From: Aureliella sp.
GTDB lineage: Bacteria > Planctomycetota > Planctomycetia > Pirellulales > Pirellulaceae
NCBI GenBank assembly: GCA_963691875.1
Contig: OY829846.1
Location: 384,001-448,000, forward strand
Length of the DNA stretch: 64,000 nucleotides
Direction: 5' to 3'
Part shown: piece by piece, positions 30,144 through 40,110 of the stretch
Numbering within the stretch: the stretch's first letter is position 1
Layout of the letters: each line of letters starts with the position of its first letter
The notes under the pieces: model-generated
Database searches by the model: none
What the model was told of the DNA's origin: nothing
The model's input: the letters and a program-made list of their open reading frames with translations, nothing else
Made by a program: the position numbers and the translations under genes

Positions 30144-30300
30144 ATGGGGAGCGCCGCTGAAACCTTCGACGACTTGATCCCACTGGTGGATCTCTGCAAA
30201 GCCGGAAAGCTTTTTGAAGTACGAGCGTGGATTGACGCCGGGATTCTTGTTAATTCACCTGACGCACACTTTCGTAGGAGGCAGGTCATCGCATTGCAGG
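30144..30300 (+). pseudogene. N-terminal fragment of a hypothetical (ankyrin-like) protein
   Basis: LVDLCKAGKLFEVRAWIDAG, after which the protein-like character is lost. Confidence 0.35.
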
Positions 30301-30481
30301 TGCATGCAGTCAAAAAATCGCCCGAGATGGCTCACCAGGTTCCATTCCGATCAATTCGTATTCGTAAGATCGGTTCTGCCATGTAGTATTCACTGTCTGA
30401 GAAGACTATGCTCTCCCATTGCTCTCAAGAAAATGGGGCAAGACCAATCAGAACAATGTGGATTATCCGGAGTTGACCGCA

Positions 30482-31531
30482 ATGAGATCGAAAGCACTCT
30501 TTCTTTTGTTGACAGCGCTAGTTGTGAACGGCGCACATGCGCAGGTTCCCGAGCGTTTTCAAAAGCTGATTCTTGAGAATGTACCTCGGGCTGATGTGAA
30601 CGGCGATGGGAAGGTGACACTTGAGGAAATCAAGAAGACTTACCCTCGACTGCCGGCAGCGTATCAGCGAGCTATTCGCAAGAGATTACCGGAGATCGCG
30701 GGCGAAGCCTCCGCCTCTTCTAAGAAGCAAGCGGCGCAACCTGTTTTCGAGTTTGATCGTCGGGCCGGTGATGCGAAGACGGGGCGAGCCAAAGGCCTCA
30801 ACTGCCTGTTCATGGGGCACAGTTTCTTCTGTCCAATCGTCAAACACATTGATGAACACGCCACAACTTTGGGACTGAAGCATCACCAGCAATTTGTTGC
30901 CATGTCGGGAGGAGCCAGTGGTAGTCCGGGTAGGTTGTGGACCAGCAAGAAACCAGCAGTCCTGCACGCAAAGAAACTACTTGAGTCAGGAAAGGTGGAA
31001 CTTCTAGCTCTGACCGGCCATTACGAGGGAAGCACCTTTGAAGACTATCGGAAGTGGGTGGAACTCGCAGTAAAACATAACCCGGAAACGATCATCGTCA
31101 TCCAGTCGCCATGGGCGATCAAGAATTGGAAGCAACTCGGGGAGTATTCAAAGGACGTTGAGAGCGCAACCAATACATCTCATCAGAGAATCGATCAGCT
31201 TCGTGAAGAATTTCCCCGCTCGACGTTCCTTTGCGTTCCTCAAGGGCAGTGGATGGTCGAATTGTGGCGGTTGTTTGAAGCCAAGCAACTTCCGGAACTA
31301 ACCCAGTTAGTCGGCAGCGGAAAAGGAGAATCACAGCAGGCGCTTTTTCGCGACAATTTTGGGCACGGGGGAGAACTTGCGGAAAAACAAGGAGCCCTTA
31401 TGTGGTTGCGAGTCATCTATGGTGTCGACTTGAAAGACTACCAGTTCTCAACGAAAACCAAGTACGACTTAAAGGAACTCGCGCAGAGAATCTGTGACAG
31501 AGATCCGTACTGCAAAGTCGGGGACAAGTGA
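30482..31531 (+). CDS. Secreted protein with EF-hand-like loop and SGNH-like domain
   Basis: Signal MRSKALFLLL; DVNGDGKVTLEE; FMGHSFF; DNFGH. Confidence 0.78.
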   Translation: MRSKALFLLLTALVVNGAHAQVPERFQKLILENVPRADVNGDGKVTLEEIKKTYPRLPAAYQRAIRKRLPEIAGEASASSKKQAAQPVFEFDRRAGDAKTGRAKGLNCLFMGHSFFCPIVKHIDEHATTLGLKHHQQFVAMSGGASGSPGRLWTSKKPAVLHAKKLLESGKVELLALTGHYEGSTFEDYRKWVELAVKHNPETIIVIQSPWAIKNWKQLGEYSKDVESATNTSHQRIDQLREEFPRSTFLCVPQGQWMVELWRLFEAKQLPELTQLVGSGKGESQQALFRDNFGHGGELAEKQGALMWLRVIYGVDLKDYQFSTKTKYDLKELAQRICDRDPYCKVGDK

Positions 31532-31602
31532 CACAAGCTCGGCAACTCCGGCGAACCTAATCGAGTTTCGCCTTCCTCAACACATGTTCCCAGTGGTTAG
31601 AT

Positions 31603-32946
31603 ATGCCAAAAGAAATCCTATGCATATTGGCCTTGTCACTCTTCGCTGGCACCGCCGTTGCAAGCTCGGACAAGCCGAATGTGATCGTTATTATGGCCGA
31701 CGATATCGGTGCTGAGGGGTTAGCCTGTTTCGGCAGCACAATCTACACAACTCCGCATTTGGACCAGATGGCCGCCGAGGGCATTCGGTTTAACAACGCC
31801 TATGCAACGCCGCTTTGCACTCCCACGCGTGTGATGATAATGGGCGGTCTCTATCCCAACCGGACTGGTTATCGGGGCCTGATCGGAAAGGGGGAAGGCG
31901 TCCGTCTCGTGCCGGAAATCAGGACCTTTGCCCATGATTTCAAAGACGCGGGCTACGCAACCGCGGTTGCGGGCAAGTGGCAGCTTGGGAAGTTCGATGA
32001 GTACCCGGATCAGCCGATCGAACACGGATTTGACGAGTACTGCCTGTGGACCTGGGTCTACAGGGGGCAGAAATCGAGCCGCTACTACGGACCGCAGATC
32101 TATCGAGACGGTAAGGTCACCAATGGCGACGCCGAAGACTTCGGCCCGGATGATTACCGCGATTTCGTGCTGGATTTCATTGATCGCAAGAAGGACGAGC
32201 CGTTTCTCATCTACTTCCCAATGGCTTTGGTTCACTCGCCGTTCATCAATCCGCCGGAATTACAGAAACGTGCGGACTCCAGATTCACGCCCGAGCTCGA
32301 GGAGAAGACTCGAGCCTTCGGCCACATGATTACTTACATGGATCAGGTCGTTGGTGACATCATGGCTAAACTCAAAGAACACGACCTCGAAGGCAACACG
32401 CTGGTATTGTTCACCGGAGACAACGGCACGCACAAGAGCATCACCAGCAAGCTGCCCGGCATGGACCTGAAAGGCGGCAAGGGTTCAATGACTGAAGCTG
32501 GCAGCCGAGTGCCTCTGCTGGCGTGGTGGCCTAATCAAATCAAGCCCGCAGTCCGCGACGAATTCTTTTGTCTTGTTGATGTCCTACCCACGATTACTTC
32601 CATTGCCGGCATCGAGTTGAATCGCGAGGTCGACGGCATGGACCTTTCTCATCTTCTCTTTGATGGAGAGGGATCGAATCGAGAACGCGTGCTGATCAAC
32701 TACGGCCGAGGCTTCTTCGTCCGTGAGAAACGCTTCCGAATAAACCAGGACGGCAAACTATACGACATTCCGATCACCTCTGACTCCTCACGCTACAGCG
32801 AAACCGTCACGACCGATCCGGATCACAACTCTGAACGCAATCGTCTGCAGAAGATTCTCGATGACTTTATGGCCATCGAGTCGCGGTACAACAAAGGATC
32901 GACAGACGGCAGGAAGAAGAATGAACGTGCCAAAAAGAAGCGGTAA
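31603..32946 (+). CDS. Sulfatase (S1)
   Basis: PNVIVIMADD; CTPTR; AGKWQL; GDNGT. Confidence 0.95.
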   Translation: MPKEILCILALSLFAGTAVASSDKPNVIVIMADDIGAEGLACFGSTIYTTPHLDQMAAEGIRFNNAYATPLCTPTRVMIMGGLYPNRTGYRGLIGKGEGVRLVPEIRTFAHDFKDAGYATAVAGKWQLGKFDEYPDQPIEHGFDEYCLWTWVYRGQKSSRYYGPQIYRDGKVTNGDAEDFGPDDYRDFVLDFIDRKKDEPFLIYFPMALVHSPFINPPELQKRADSRFTPELEEKTRAFGHMITYMDQVVGDIMAKLKEHDLEGNTLVLFTGDNGTHKSITSKLPGMDLKGGKGSMTEAGSRVPLLAWWPNQIKPAVRDEFFCLVDVLPTITSIAGIELNREVDGMDLSHLLFDGEGSNRERVLINYGRGFFVREKRFRINQDGKLYDIPITSDSSRYSETVTTDPDHNSERNRLQKILDDFMAIESRYNKGSTDGRKKNERAKKKR

Positions 32947-33099
32947 CCCGAGCTCCCAAAACCAAGCCGAATCATGGCAGGTCTCAGCCGCAGCAACCTT
33001 GGCAGATCAATTCGGCTCGCACGAAGGTACAAAGCCACTGAGAAGGTAGATGCGAGTTTGCGTTCTGGGTTGAAATATTCACGAATCGTTTTCTTACCT

Positions 33100-33561
33100 T
33101 TTTGCGCGAACACGTTTCTGTTTCTGGCCTCGTTTGATCTTGTGGCAGACGCCGCTGAGAAACCCAATATCGTGTTGCTGTTTATCGATGACTGGGCGTG
33201 GAACGGCACTCCGGTTCCTATGAACGACGGCATAGAAAACGCAAGTATGCCGGGTCTTCAGATGCCGAATGTTGAGCGTCCGGCTCGTGAAGGACTGAAG
33301 TTCACAAATGCATATACCTCGCCGCAGTGTTCTCCGACGCGCGTCTGTGTGCCGATCGTTCAGTCCTCACCGCGGAACGGCTTTACTGTGTTCATGAATG
33401 ACCGGGGACAGGACTACTTCGACGAAAAAGGCTACCCTCACTTCCCGGTGATTCCCTGCGTCTCGGACACGACGATCGACGCGGATGCGGTGACGATCCT
33501 CGATGCTCTGAAGCCGTTCGGCAATGTAAACGCCCACGTCAGAAAAAGGCAAGTTCGAGGA
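33100..33561 (+). pseudogene. Truncated sulfatase (N-terminal part)
   Basis: [16 protein letters not shown]; decayed AHxGKW motif (NAHVRKR). Ends at the MITE end at 33562. Confidence 0.85.
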
Positions 33562-33997
33562 GCGCCCGTTGCAAAAGGTCCGCCCGAACGAAACTACAGG
33601 TGGGAATGAGTAGGTTGTTTCCGCCAGTGTCCAGCTTCGATAGCTGAGAGCAATGGAGAAGACTTTTTTGTGACGCACTATCGCGGCCGCGGATCAAATG
33701 GAGGCAGAGGCTGATCACTACGTCGGTACCCTTGACCGTGGACCGACGCATTGGTTGCAAATTAGAGAAGATGCTGCCATCCTGCCACGTCGTCAGAGTC
33801 GCGTCACACCCGCCCACTTGAAGATTGAATGTGACGCTCGAACCAGAAAACGTTTCAACCACTTAAGGTTAGAGAGTGTCACATTCGCCGCACCTCTAAG
33901 CGGATGAGCATCGAAACCCGCAAGTCGCTGCTATCTCAGCACTTACGAAAGTGAGAAATCCCTGTGAATTTCCGTGTGAGTGTCTTGCGCAGGGATG
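33562..33997 (-). mobile_element. MITE-like derivative C of the IS family (no transposase)
   Basis: Right end CGCCCGTTGCAAAAGGTCCGCCCGAACGAAACTACAGGTGGGAATGAGTAG matches 2107-2157. 33771-33994 matches the left arm 29752-29975. Confidence 0.85.
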
Positions 33998-34305
33998 AGA
34001 AGGAACGGGAGAGCGAAAACAAGTTACTGCATCTAAGAATCGCAATGCTCGAGTTTGGGACAGCTCTTATCTGATGGGTAAAGGGCGACTTGAGCAATCT
34101 TAATCGGATAACGGATAAAAATTTATCGGGTTATTTAGTTTGTTCCGCTTGCTGCAAGGTCATTTTAGCTTCGGAATCCGTGCATTACCTACCTCCAACG
34201 GATGATCAGCTTGAGGCTGTCTGGAATGCGTTGCAAGGTCGTCACAATAAAGAAGGAGCCAACTCGGCACGACGAACTGCATTCCACCACGTGCCCCACG
34301 AACGG

Positions 34306-36042
34306 TTATTGCGTGGTGGTTAGGCTTTCGCCGACCGTGGAGGGATCTTCTAATCCTACATCACGGCAGTGGGATTCTATGCCTTGACCGAAACGGGGAA
34401 GCGTTCGACAGTGTTGTTGATAGTCAGCTAGCGAAGCGAAGAGTTGCCGTTGGGATAGATGAGGTAGGTATCCGCATTGACCGATAGCGTGTTGCGGAAG
34501 CGGGGCTGCGAGGTGACCGCCACGTTTTTCGATCATCTTTTCCTGTGCTGCCCAAATTTGATCGCGGTCGGTCAGCACTTCGTGCCACAAGCTGAGATCA
34601 AAACTGGCAATCAAGCGGTGGATTCGGTCTCGCTCTTCCTTCGTAATCCAACCTTCTTTTTCCGACAAAAACGCGCCGAAGCCCATCCCGATAGAGACGG
34701 CATGCCCGTGCAGCAAACCCGCGGGAATTTCAAAACCTGGTGACCAAGTGTGCCCATAGGCGTGCGGCCGACATTGGTGCGTTTCGTACAGATTGCCATA
34801 CTCTGCTTCCACATAGCTCTTGATCGCCCGACCAAGTATCTGTCGTGACTGGTTGCAGATCGCTGCGTCATCCGGCGTGTTGAGCGACCCGAAGCGTGTG
34901 TCAATCAACTCGCTTCCAGCTTGTTCGAGCGCGTTAAACAATTCGGCGTCTTTTACCGTGGCCATTTTGATGATCTCCGCAATACCGTGTCGCAGCCAAC
35001 CCGGACGAAGTGTTTGAAACAGCGTGCGGTCGGTGATCGACAAGATCGGAGCATGGTAGGCCCCGAAGAGATTCTTGTAGCCGAATCCGTCGCAGCAAGT
35101 CCGCGGTGAAGGTCCAGCGTCAATACCTGCGACGACTGAGGTCGACAACATCACGTAGGGCGTGCCGCGATGGTAAAGAGCACAGGCTAAACCACCGGTG
35201 TCAGCGAGCACACCGCCTCCCATGATCAGCACGGACTCATTACGAGAAACACCGAGGTGCTTGAAATCTCCCAGCATTTGCTCGACCGTTCTGATGCCTT
35301 TATCCACTTCCATTGCGCGGTAGACTAACTTCTCGAGTTCAATCCCGTGCGATGCAAAGTAGGATTCGACACGCCAGCCGAAAAACCGCTCGACATTTTC
35401 ATCGATTAAGCAGATGCATCGGCCAAGTGGCTTGTAGATTTCTCGCAACAGTGAGTTGTCCGTGTCGAGCACATTCTCTACCACCTTGATTGACGTGTGC
35501 GTCGTGCTAGTCATGCAAGCTTCGACCTGCTGAAAGTCGGCTTGGCTGACCACGCTGCCGCTACTCTCGCGAAATGGCGAAGTGGGATAGATCGCATGCG
35601 GGCTTTCGTCTGCTAAATCAAGTTCCAGGCTTAAATACTCCGTTCGAAAGCTGCCTTGCTTCAAACAATCCAACGTCTTCCAACGAGACAGATTGGATTC
35701 TTGAACTCTCGATGCGAGAACCGCCCAGTCATTCCCAATCAGCGGGTCGAAGGCTCGCAGTACAATAGCGACCTGCTGTACAAATTGTCCCAGCGGCATA
35801 CTAAAGCTTGATCGCAGCATGCGAATGGCTGACAACCCCGCAATGGCACCTCGCGACTGAAACGCCGCAGCTAAACCCTCGCAATAGATATCTCCCCGTA
35901 CGACGGTTTGCACCAAAGCGTTTAGAACGGTGTGGCTGGCAATCTCGCTGACCTGCGCCGATACGTCGCCTTCGGCAAATCGTTTCGTGTTTCGGTCAGC
36001 CAACAAAGCGTCTATCGTGCGGAGTAGTTTTGCTGTGTCCAT
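34306..36042 (-). CDS. mysA: Demethyl-4-deoxygadusol synthase (sedoheptulose-7-phosphate cyclase), long form
   Basis: GGGVLADTGGLACALYHRGTPYVMLSTS...IDAG; KNLFGAYH; EIIKMA; YGHTWSP; LLHGHAV. Lies in an MAA cluster. Confidence 0.92.
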   Translation of the reverse strand: MDTAKLLRTIDALLADRNTKRFAEGDVSAQVSEIASHTVLNALVQTVVRGDIYCEGLAAAFQSRGAIAGLSAIRMLRSSFSMPLGQFVQQVAIVLRAFDPLIGNDWAVLASRVQESNLSRWKTLDCLKQGSFRTEYLSLELDLADESPHAIYPTSPFRESSGSVVSQADFQQVEACMTSTTHTSIKVVENVLDTDNSLLREIYKPLGRCICLIDENVERFFGWRVESYFASHGIELEKLVYRAMEVDKGIRTVEQMLGDFKHLGVSRNESVLIMGGGVLADTGGLACALYHRGTPYVMLSTSVVAGIDAGPSPRTCCDGFGYKNLFGAYHAPILSITDRTLFQTLRPGWLRHGIAEIIKMATVKDAELFNALEQAGSELIDTRFGSLNTPDDAAICNQSRQILGRAIKSYVEAEYGNLYETHQCRPHAYGHTWSPGFEIPAGLLHGHAVSIGMGFGAFLSEKEGWITKEERDRIHRLIASFDLSLWHEVLTDRDQIWAAQEKMIEKRGGHLAAPLPQHAIGQCGYLPHLSQRQLFASLADYQQHCRTLPRFGQGIESHCRDVGLEDPSTVGESLTTTQ

Positions 36043-36097
36043 CGGGCAATTTCTATTTTGGTTTGATTTTTAGAGCTTTTCTGACTTAGGGAGACGA

Positions 36098-36892
36098 TCA
36101 GGCGGCGATGGGCTCATCTCCAAGTACTAAACCGCGATGTAACACGCGATCCCCCTGGACCTCAAAATGATCGGCGCGGTGCAAGGTACATCTGTCGTCC
36201 CAGATCACTACATCGCCCGAACGCCATCGATGCCGGTAAATCGGATTGCGTGCGATTGAGTGCCTGTAAAGTGCAGCGATGACTCGCTCCGAAGTTTTCG
36301 TGTCGCGTCCTGCGACCTTAATGCACCGCTCGGGAGTGGATAGAAACAATGCGACGCGTCCTGAGACAGGATGCCGCCGAAACAGAGGATGCCAACATTG
36401 CGATTCGTCAGAAGCATTTAGCGTCACGCCGGATGCGACATGCAGAACGAGTGCCCCACCCAGCCTTTCTACCACCCATGAAGGCAGCGATTCAAAAGCC
36501 GCATATTGATCGGTAAATAAAGTTTCGCCACCCGACTCGGGTAACTTAACGGCACGTAGTGCGGTGTAGGCCGGCGGCCGGCTGACGTAACTGGTGTCCG
36601 TGTGAAAGACGCTTCGTGGAAGAGTGGTTCGACCGACGTTTGAAACTACATTTAACATGTCGTAACCCTGAACCGCTTGCTCGCCCACCGTGAACGTAAG
36701 TGGACCAAGACGCTCAAGGAAGTTCGCGAACTGTTCATCGTCGATCTTTTGATTACGAAAAACAACAAAGCCCTGGTCTCCCAGGGCGGCACGCAACTGT
36801 ACAACCTGATCGTCTGAAAGCTCTACCAGCGAGTGGTCGACAATTTCGCCCCCGAACGGCGACAGAGCTTTGATATTAAGATGCATTCGCAA
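36098..36892 (-). CDS. TauD/TfdA Fe(II)/2-oxoglutarate dioxygenase
   Basis: FHTD; GGETLF; HPLFRRHP; WDDRCTLHRA; RVLHR. Confidence 0.93.
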   Translation of the reverse strand: MRMHLNIKALSPFGGEIVDHSLVELSDDQVVQLRAALGDQGFVVFRNQKIDDEQFANFLERLGPLTFTVGEQAVQGYDMLNVVSNVGRTTLPRSVFHTDTSYVSRPPAYTALRAVKLPESGGETLFTDQYAAFESLPSWVVERLGGALVLHVASGVTLNASDESQCWHPLFRRHPVSGRVALFLSTPERCIKVAGRDTKTSERVIAALYRHSIARNPIYRHRWRSGDVVIWDDRCTLHRADHFEVQGDRVLHRGLVLGDEPIAA

Positions 36893-36915
36893 TTACTTTT
36901 TAATTGAGAAACCGA

Positions 36916-37593
36916 CTAAACGATTGGCTTAGCGGTCAGATATTGGTCGAGCAAGGCGTAAGACAGTTCTTGTGTACAAAAGTCACTGGCAGAGTAGTCG
37001 TGATCGGCGGTGTTATTGCCCGGGAACGCTACACAGGTCAGTCCGGCGGCCTTCGCAGAGTTGACTCCGTCTACGTTATCTTCGAAAGCGATGCAGGAAT
37101 CTGCGTCCTCACGCAATTGTTGCATAGCGAACTTGTAGCAGTCCGGGGAGGGCTTCGGTTCAGCCGCTTGTGTTACGTCGACTATTAGATCGAAATGTCG
37201 AGCATCAACGGCTCGGGCAACTGAGCACAACAGCGCTTCGATGTTGCCACGACTTGTCGTTGTGACCAAACCCACTTTCAAACCACGGTGCTTCGCGTCA
37301 CGAATTAATTTGGCGACGCCTGGACGCGGCTTCATGCTGCCTTCGCGGATTGCTTGCTGAAAGATGTCTGACTTCATACGGTGTATAGCGGCAGCATCAA
37401 CATTTTCACCTCGAGAATTCGCATAAGCTTCGATGCGATGTCGACCGCCACTGTGGACCAGTAGGTATTGGTACTCATCGCGAGTCCACTTCCAATTCAA
37501 ACCGTGCTTTTGAAAAGCTTCGTTGAAGGCTGCACGCTGAACTTCCGACGTTTCTACAACGCTTCCAATCGAACCGAATAATACTGCTGACAT
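36916..37593 (-). CDS. HAD-superfamily (CbbY-like) protein with degenerate motif I
   Basis: LFGSIGSVVETSE; LVTT; KPSPD; FEDNVDG. Confidence 0.9.
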   Translation of the reverse strand: MSAVLFGSIGSVVETSEVQRAAFNEAFQKHGLNWKWTRDEYQYLLVHSGGRHRIEAYANSRGENVDAAAIHRMKSDIFQQAIREGSMKPRPGVAKLIRDAKHRGLKVGLVTTTSRGNIEALLCSVARAVDARHFDLIVDVTQAAEPKPSPDCYKFAMQQLREDADSCIAFEDNVDGVNSAKAAGLTCVAFPGNNTADHDYSASDFCTQELSYALLDQYLTAKPIV

Positions 37594-37615
37594 GTAATAT
37601 CCTCTTGGTAGATAG

Positions 37616-38683
37616 TTAAGAGTGGGTAGCGACGATCGATGGGGCAGTCACATTGACGTCACGGTCGATGGCACGGCAAAGCATCTCGTGCAAAAACGAT
37701 TCCAGAGTCTTGCCGGTCGCAGCCATCATCGTAGTGAGGATGCTGTTGGGTGCGAACGAACAATACAAACCGGCTTCTAAAAAGTAGGGTTGTCCAGTGG
37801 GATCAATCCGGAAGTCGAATAGGCTGTAGTCGCGGCAGCCCAACGCGACGTGGCATCGTTTGGCGATTTCCCAAACTGGTCGAGTGACTGGATCTTCGCT
37901 CGGGACAATCCAGGAGTGTTGGCGGTATTTCGAAACTAAGTCGACCTCGCCATCTATGTTCCTCGTCAGCTTGCTTTCGTAACCACGAATCGGTGTGTTT
38001 GCATCAAGCCGGTATTCTTGAAGCGGCAAGCACTCAAGCGACGACCCTGTTTCGACGACCCCGCACCGAACTTCACGGCCAGCCGGTATAAACTGCTCCA
38101 CAAGCACTTTAGTGGAATGTTCGGTTGCTCGCGCAATCGCGAGAGGATAATCCTCAGGCGAACGAGCTAAGGAGACGCCGACCGAGTTGTCTGCGTCGAC
38201 AGGTTTTACGACCGCGGGACAATCGATCGTTGGTGTTTGACCACTGCGAACAATCTCGCCGTTGGGAACAAGCACTCCGTCGGCTGCGACTACTGCCCGA
38301 GCCTTTGACTTGTCGGCGGTCAGGGACATCACCGGGGCCAAATTACCAACGAAAGGTATTTTCAAAAGTTTTAACAGACTGCGAAACTCGGTCATCCCCG
38401 CCATGCAAAACATTTGTGGCAATGCCACGTCGACTTGTGCGGCTTTTATCGTTCGGATCGCATCAGCAAGCGAGACTGGTTCAACTCTTTCAGTTATTTT
38501 GCGGGTGAATTGATCCGCAAAACGCCACTTGCCGTCAGGAGTCACGCACGCGATTAAATTTTCGTATCGTGTCGTACCGTCGACGGCTTCTAAGCAATCA
38601 CCTGCGTAGGCAAACGACAACTCGCGGAAGAAGTCACTCTCCGCAGAGCCAATCAAATGGAGAACTCGCAACTTCCTCATCAA
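37616..38683 (-). CDS. mysD: D-Ala-D-Ala-ligase-like MAA ligase
   Basis: VLHLIGS; ALPQMFC; VVKP..DNSVGV; GREVRCG; CRDYSLFDFRID; FLEAGLYCSF. Confidence 0.92.
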   Translation of the reverse strand: MMRKLRVLHLIGSAESDFFRELSFAYAGDCLEAVDGTTRYENLIACVTPDGKWRFADQFTRKITERVEPVSLADAIRTIKAAQVDVALPQMFCMAGMTEFRSLLKLLKIPFVGNLAPVMSLTADKSKARAVVAADGVLVPNGEIVRSGQTPTIDCPAVVKPVDADNSVGVSLARSPEDYPLAIARATEHSTKVLVEQFIPAGREVRCGVVETGSSLECLPLQEYRLDANTPIRGYESKLTRNIDGEVDLVSKYRQHSWIVPSEDPVTRPVWEIAKRCHVALGCRDYSLFDFRIDPTGQPYFLEAGLYCSFAPNSILTTMMAATGKTLESFLHEMLCRAIDRDVNVTAPSIVATHS

Positions 38684-40110
38684 TCCCCTCCCAGCTGAAC
38701 GAGTTTTCCAATATTGAAATCGATGCGAACAAAACCACGTTGACGCTTGAGATCCTGCAATAGGAGAATGGGAATCTGAAAGTGATGCACCAAAAAGAAC
38801 GGCAATGGATCGTGCCAGTCAAAAATCGCTTCCTTGCCTTTCCGAATGATTTGAAATCGCTGCCAAAAGCGAGCAGGATTGTTCAGAGAAGTAACCATTC
38901 GCCACAGTTCATGGTACAGCCAGTAGGTCGGGCGACTACCGGTATTGGGGGTTACCGTGTTGCCCGCAGCTTCGGCCGAGTACGCATCAGCCACTTGATC
39001 GGTGTCGTAAAACGTTGTGATCGCAGAATGCGTACGCGGATTGCACTCGATGGCGTATAACCCGCCGTCGTCGTGGGCACGGATGAAGTCAAAGGAGACT
39101 TGCCCGGTTAGGTGAATACCAGCGGCATAACGACGGACCCACGATTCGGTCTCGGGATCAGTGATATGTTCATAGTTGACTTGGAACGCGGACGATTCGC
39201 AGCAACAGTGCACGCGTAGCTCCCCATCCACAATCGTGCTGTGCGTACAGAATTCTTTGCCGGGAATAAACTCCTGCATGACCCATGGATTCGATTCACT
39301 GATTGGCAGCGAGCGAACAAAAGAAGCCGTCTGCTCATCAGTCGCACGCGGCAATTTCGTTAAATCCAGGCGACGTATTGGATCGTACGCAATGCTTTTC
39401 AGAACATATTCACGATCTTCGACCGAGAAATCGAAGTCGAGAACCTGCTGCGGATCCGTGATCAGAAACGACTTTGGAGCGCCGAGGCCAAGGGATTGGG
39501 CACTTCGAGCGAATAAGAACTTGTCATCGAGCGTCGTGATCTTCTCCGGCTCCGGATGTATGACTTTGCAAAAAGGCGAAAGCGTCTTGATCGCTTCGGA
39601 ATCATGCTGGCTGGCAACTGGGCTGCAAACGGGCACGTATAGGTCCACGCTATGCTGTTTGACAATTTTTAGCAGCGATGCGGCATAGTGGGCTGACGTA
39701 GGGTCAGCGCAAGTCACGAACTTGTCGACGGCGGCAGAAAACCGATGACCCGTTAGCGAATATTTAGCGGTTTCGCAAAGGATCACTCGGCAACCGCTTC
39801 TGCGAAATAGCCGCGCAAGCTGCAGTGCCTTCGTCATCTTGCCACCGCTGATCAAAACGGTTTTGGAGTCGGCCGCGAGCGGCCGGCGATAACCCCGAGA
39901 ACGAGTCAAGGAATGGCGCACGACTATTGCGGCGGAGGTCAATGCCAAGTTCAGCGGCATTAGTAAGGACAACAACGCAAGCGTCCCCAGATCCTTGGCG
40001 ACGATTCGCAACCTCTCGAGGTAACTTGATTGACTTCCACCACTGCTCGCAACGGCCGATGCACCATTGCCTTTCCGGCGGGGGAGCCATTCGTTTGCTA
40101 GCGTTCTCAT
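38680..40110 (-). CDS. mysC: ATP-grasp ligase (mycosporine-glycine synthetase)
   Basis: ISGGKMTKALQLAR; GHRFS; YVPVCSP; LKSIAYD; WVMQEFIPG; AIECNPRTHS; IDFNIGKLV. Confidence 0.95.
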   Translation of the reverse strand: MRTLANEWLPRRKGNGASAVASSGGSQSSYLERLRIVAKDLGTLALLSLLMPLNLALTSAAIVVRHSLTRSRGYRRPLAADSKTVLISGGKMTKALQLARLFRRSGCRVILCETAKYSLTGHRFSAAVDKFVTCADPTSAHYAASLLKIVKQHSVDLYVPVCSPVASQHDSEAIKTLSPFCKVIHPEPEKITTLDDKFLFARSAQSLGLGAPKSFLITDPQQVLDFDFSVEDREYVLKSIAYDPIRRLDLTKLPRATDEQTASFVRSLPISESNPWVMQEFIPGKEFCTHSTIVDGELRVHCCCESSAFQVNYEHITDPETESWVRRYAAGIHLTGQVSFDFIRAHDDGGLYAIECNPRTHSAITTFYDTDQVADAYSAEAAGNTVTPNTGSRPTYWLYHELWRMVTSLNNPARFWQRFQIIRKGKEAIFDWHDPLPFFLVHHFQIPILLLQDLKRQRGFVRIDFNIGKLVQLGGD

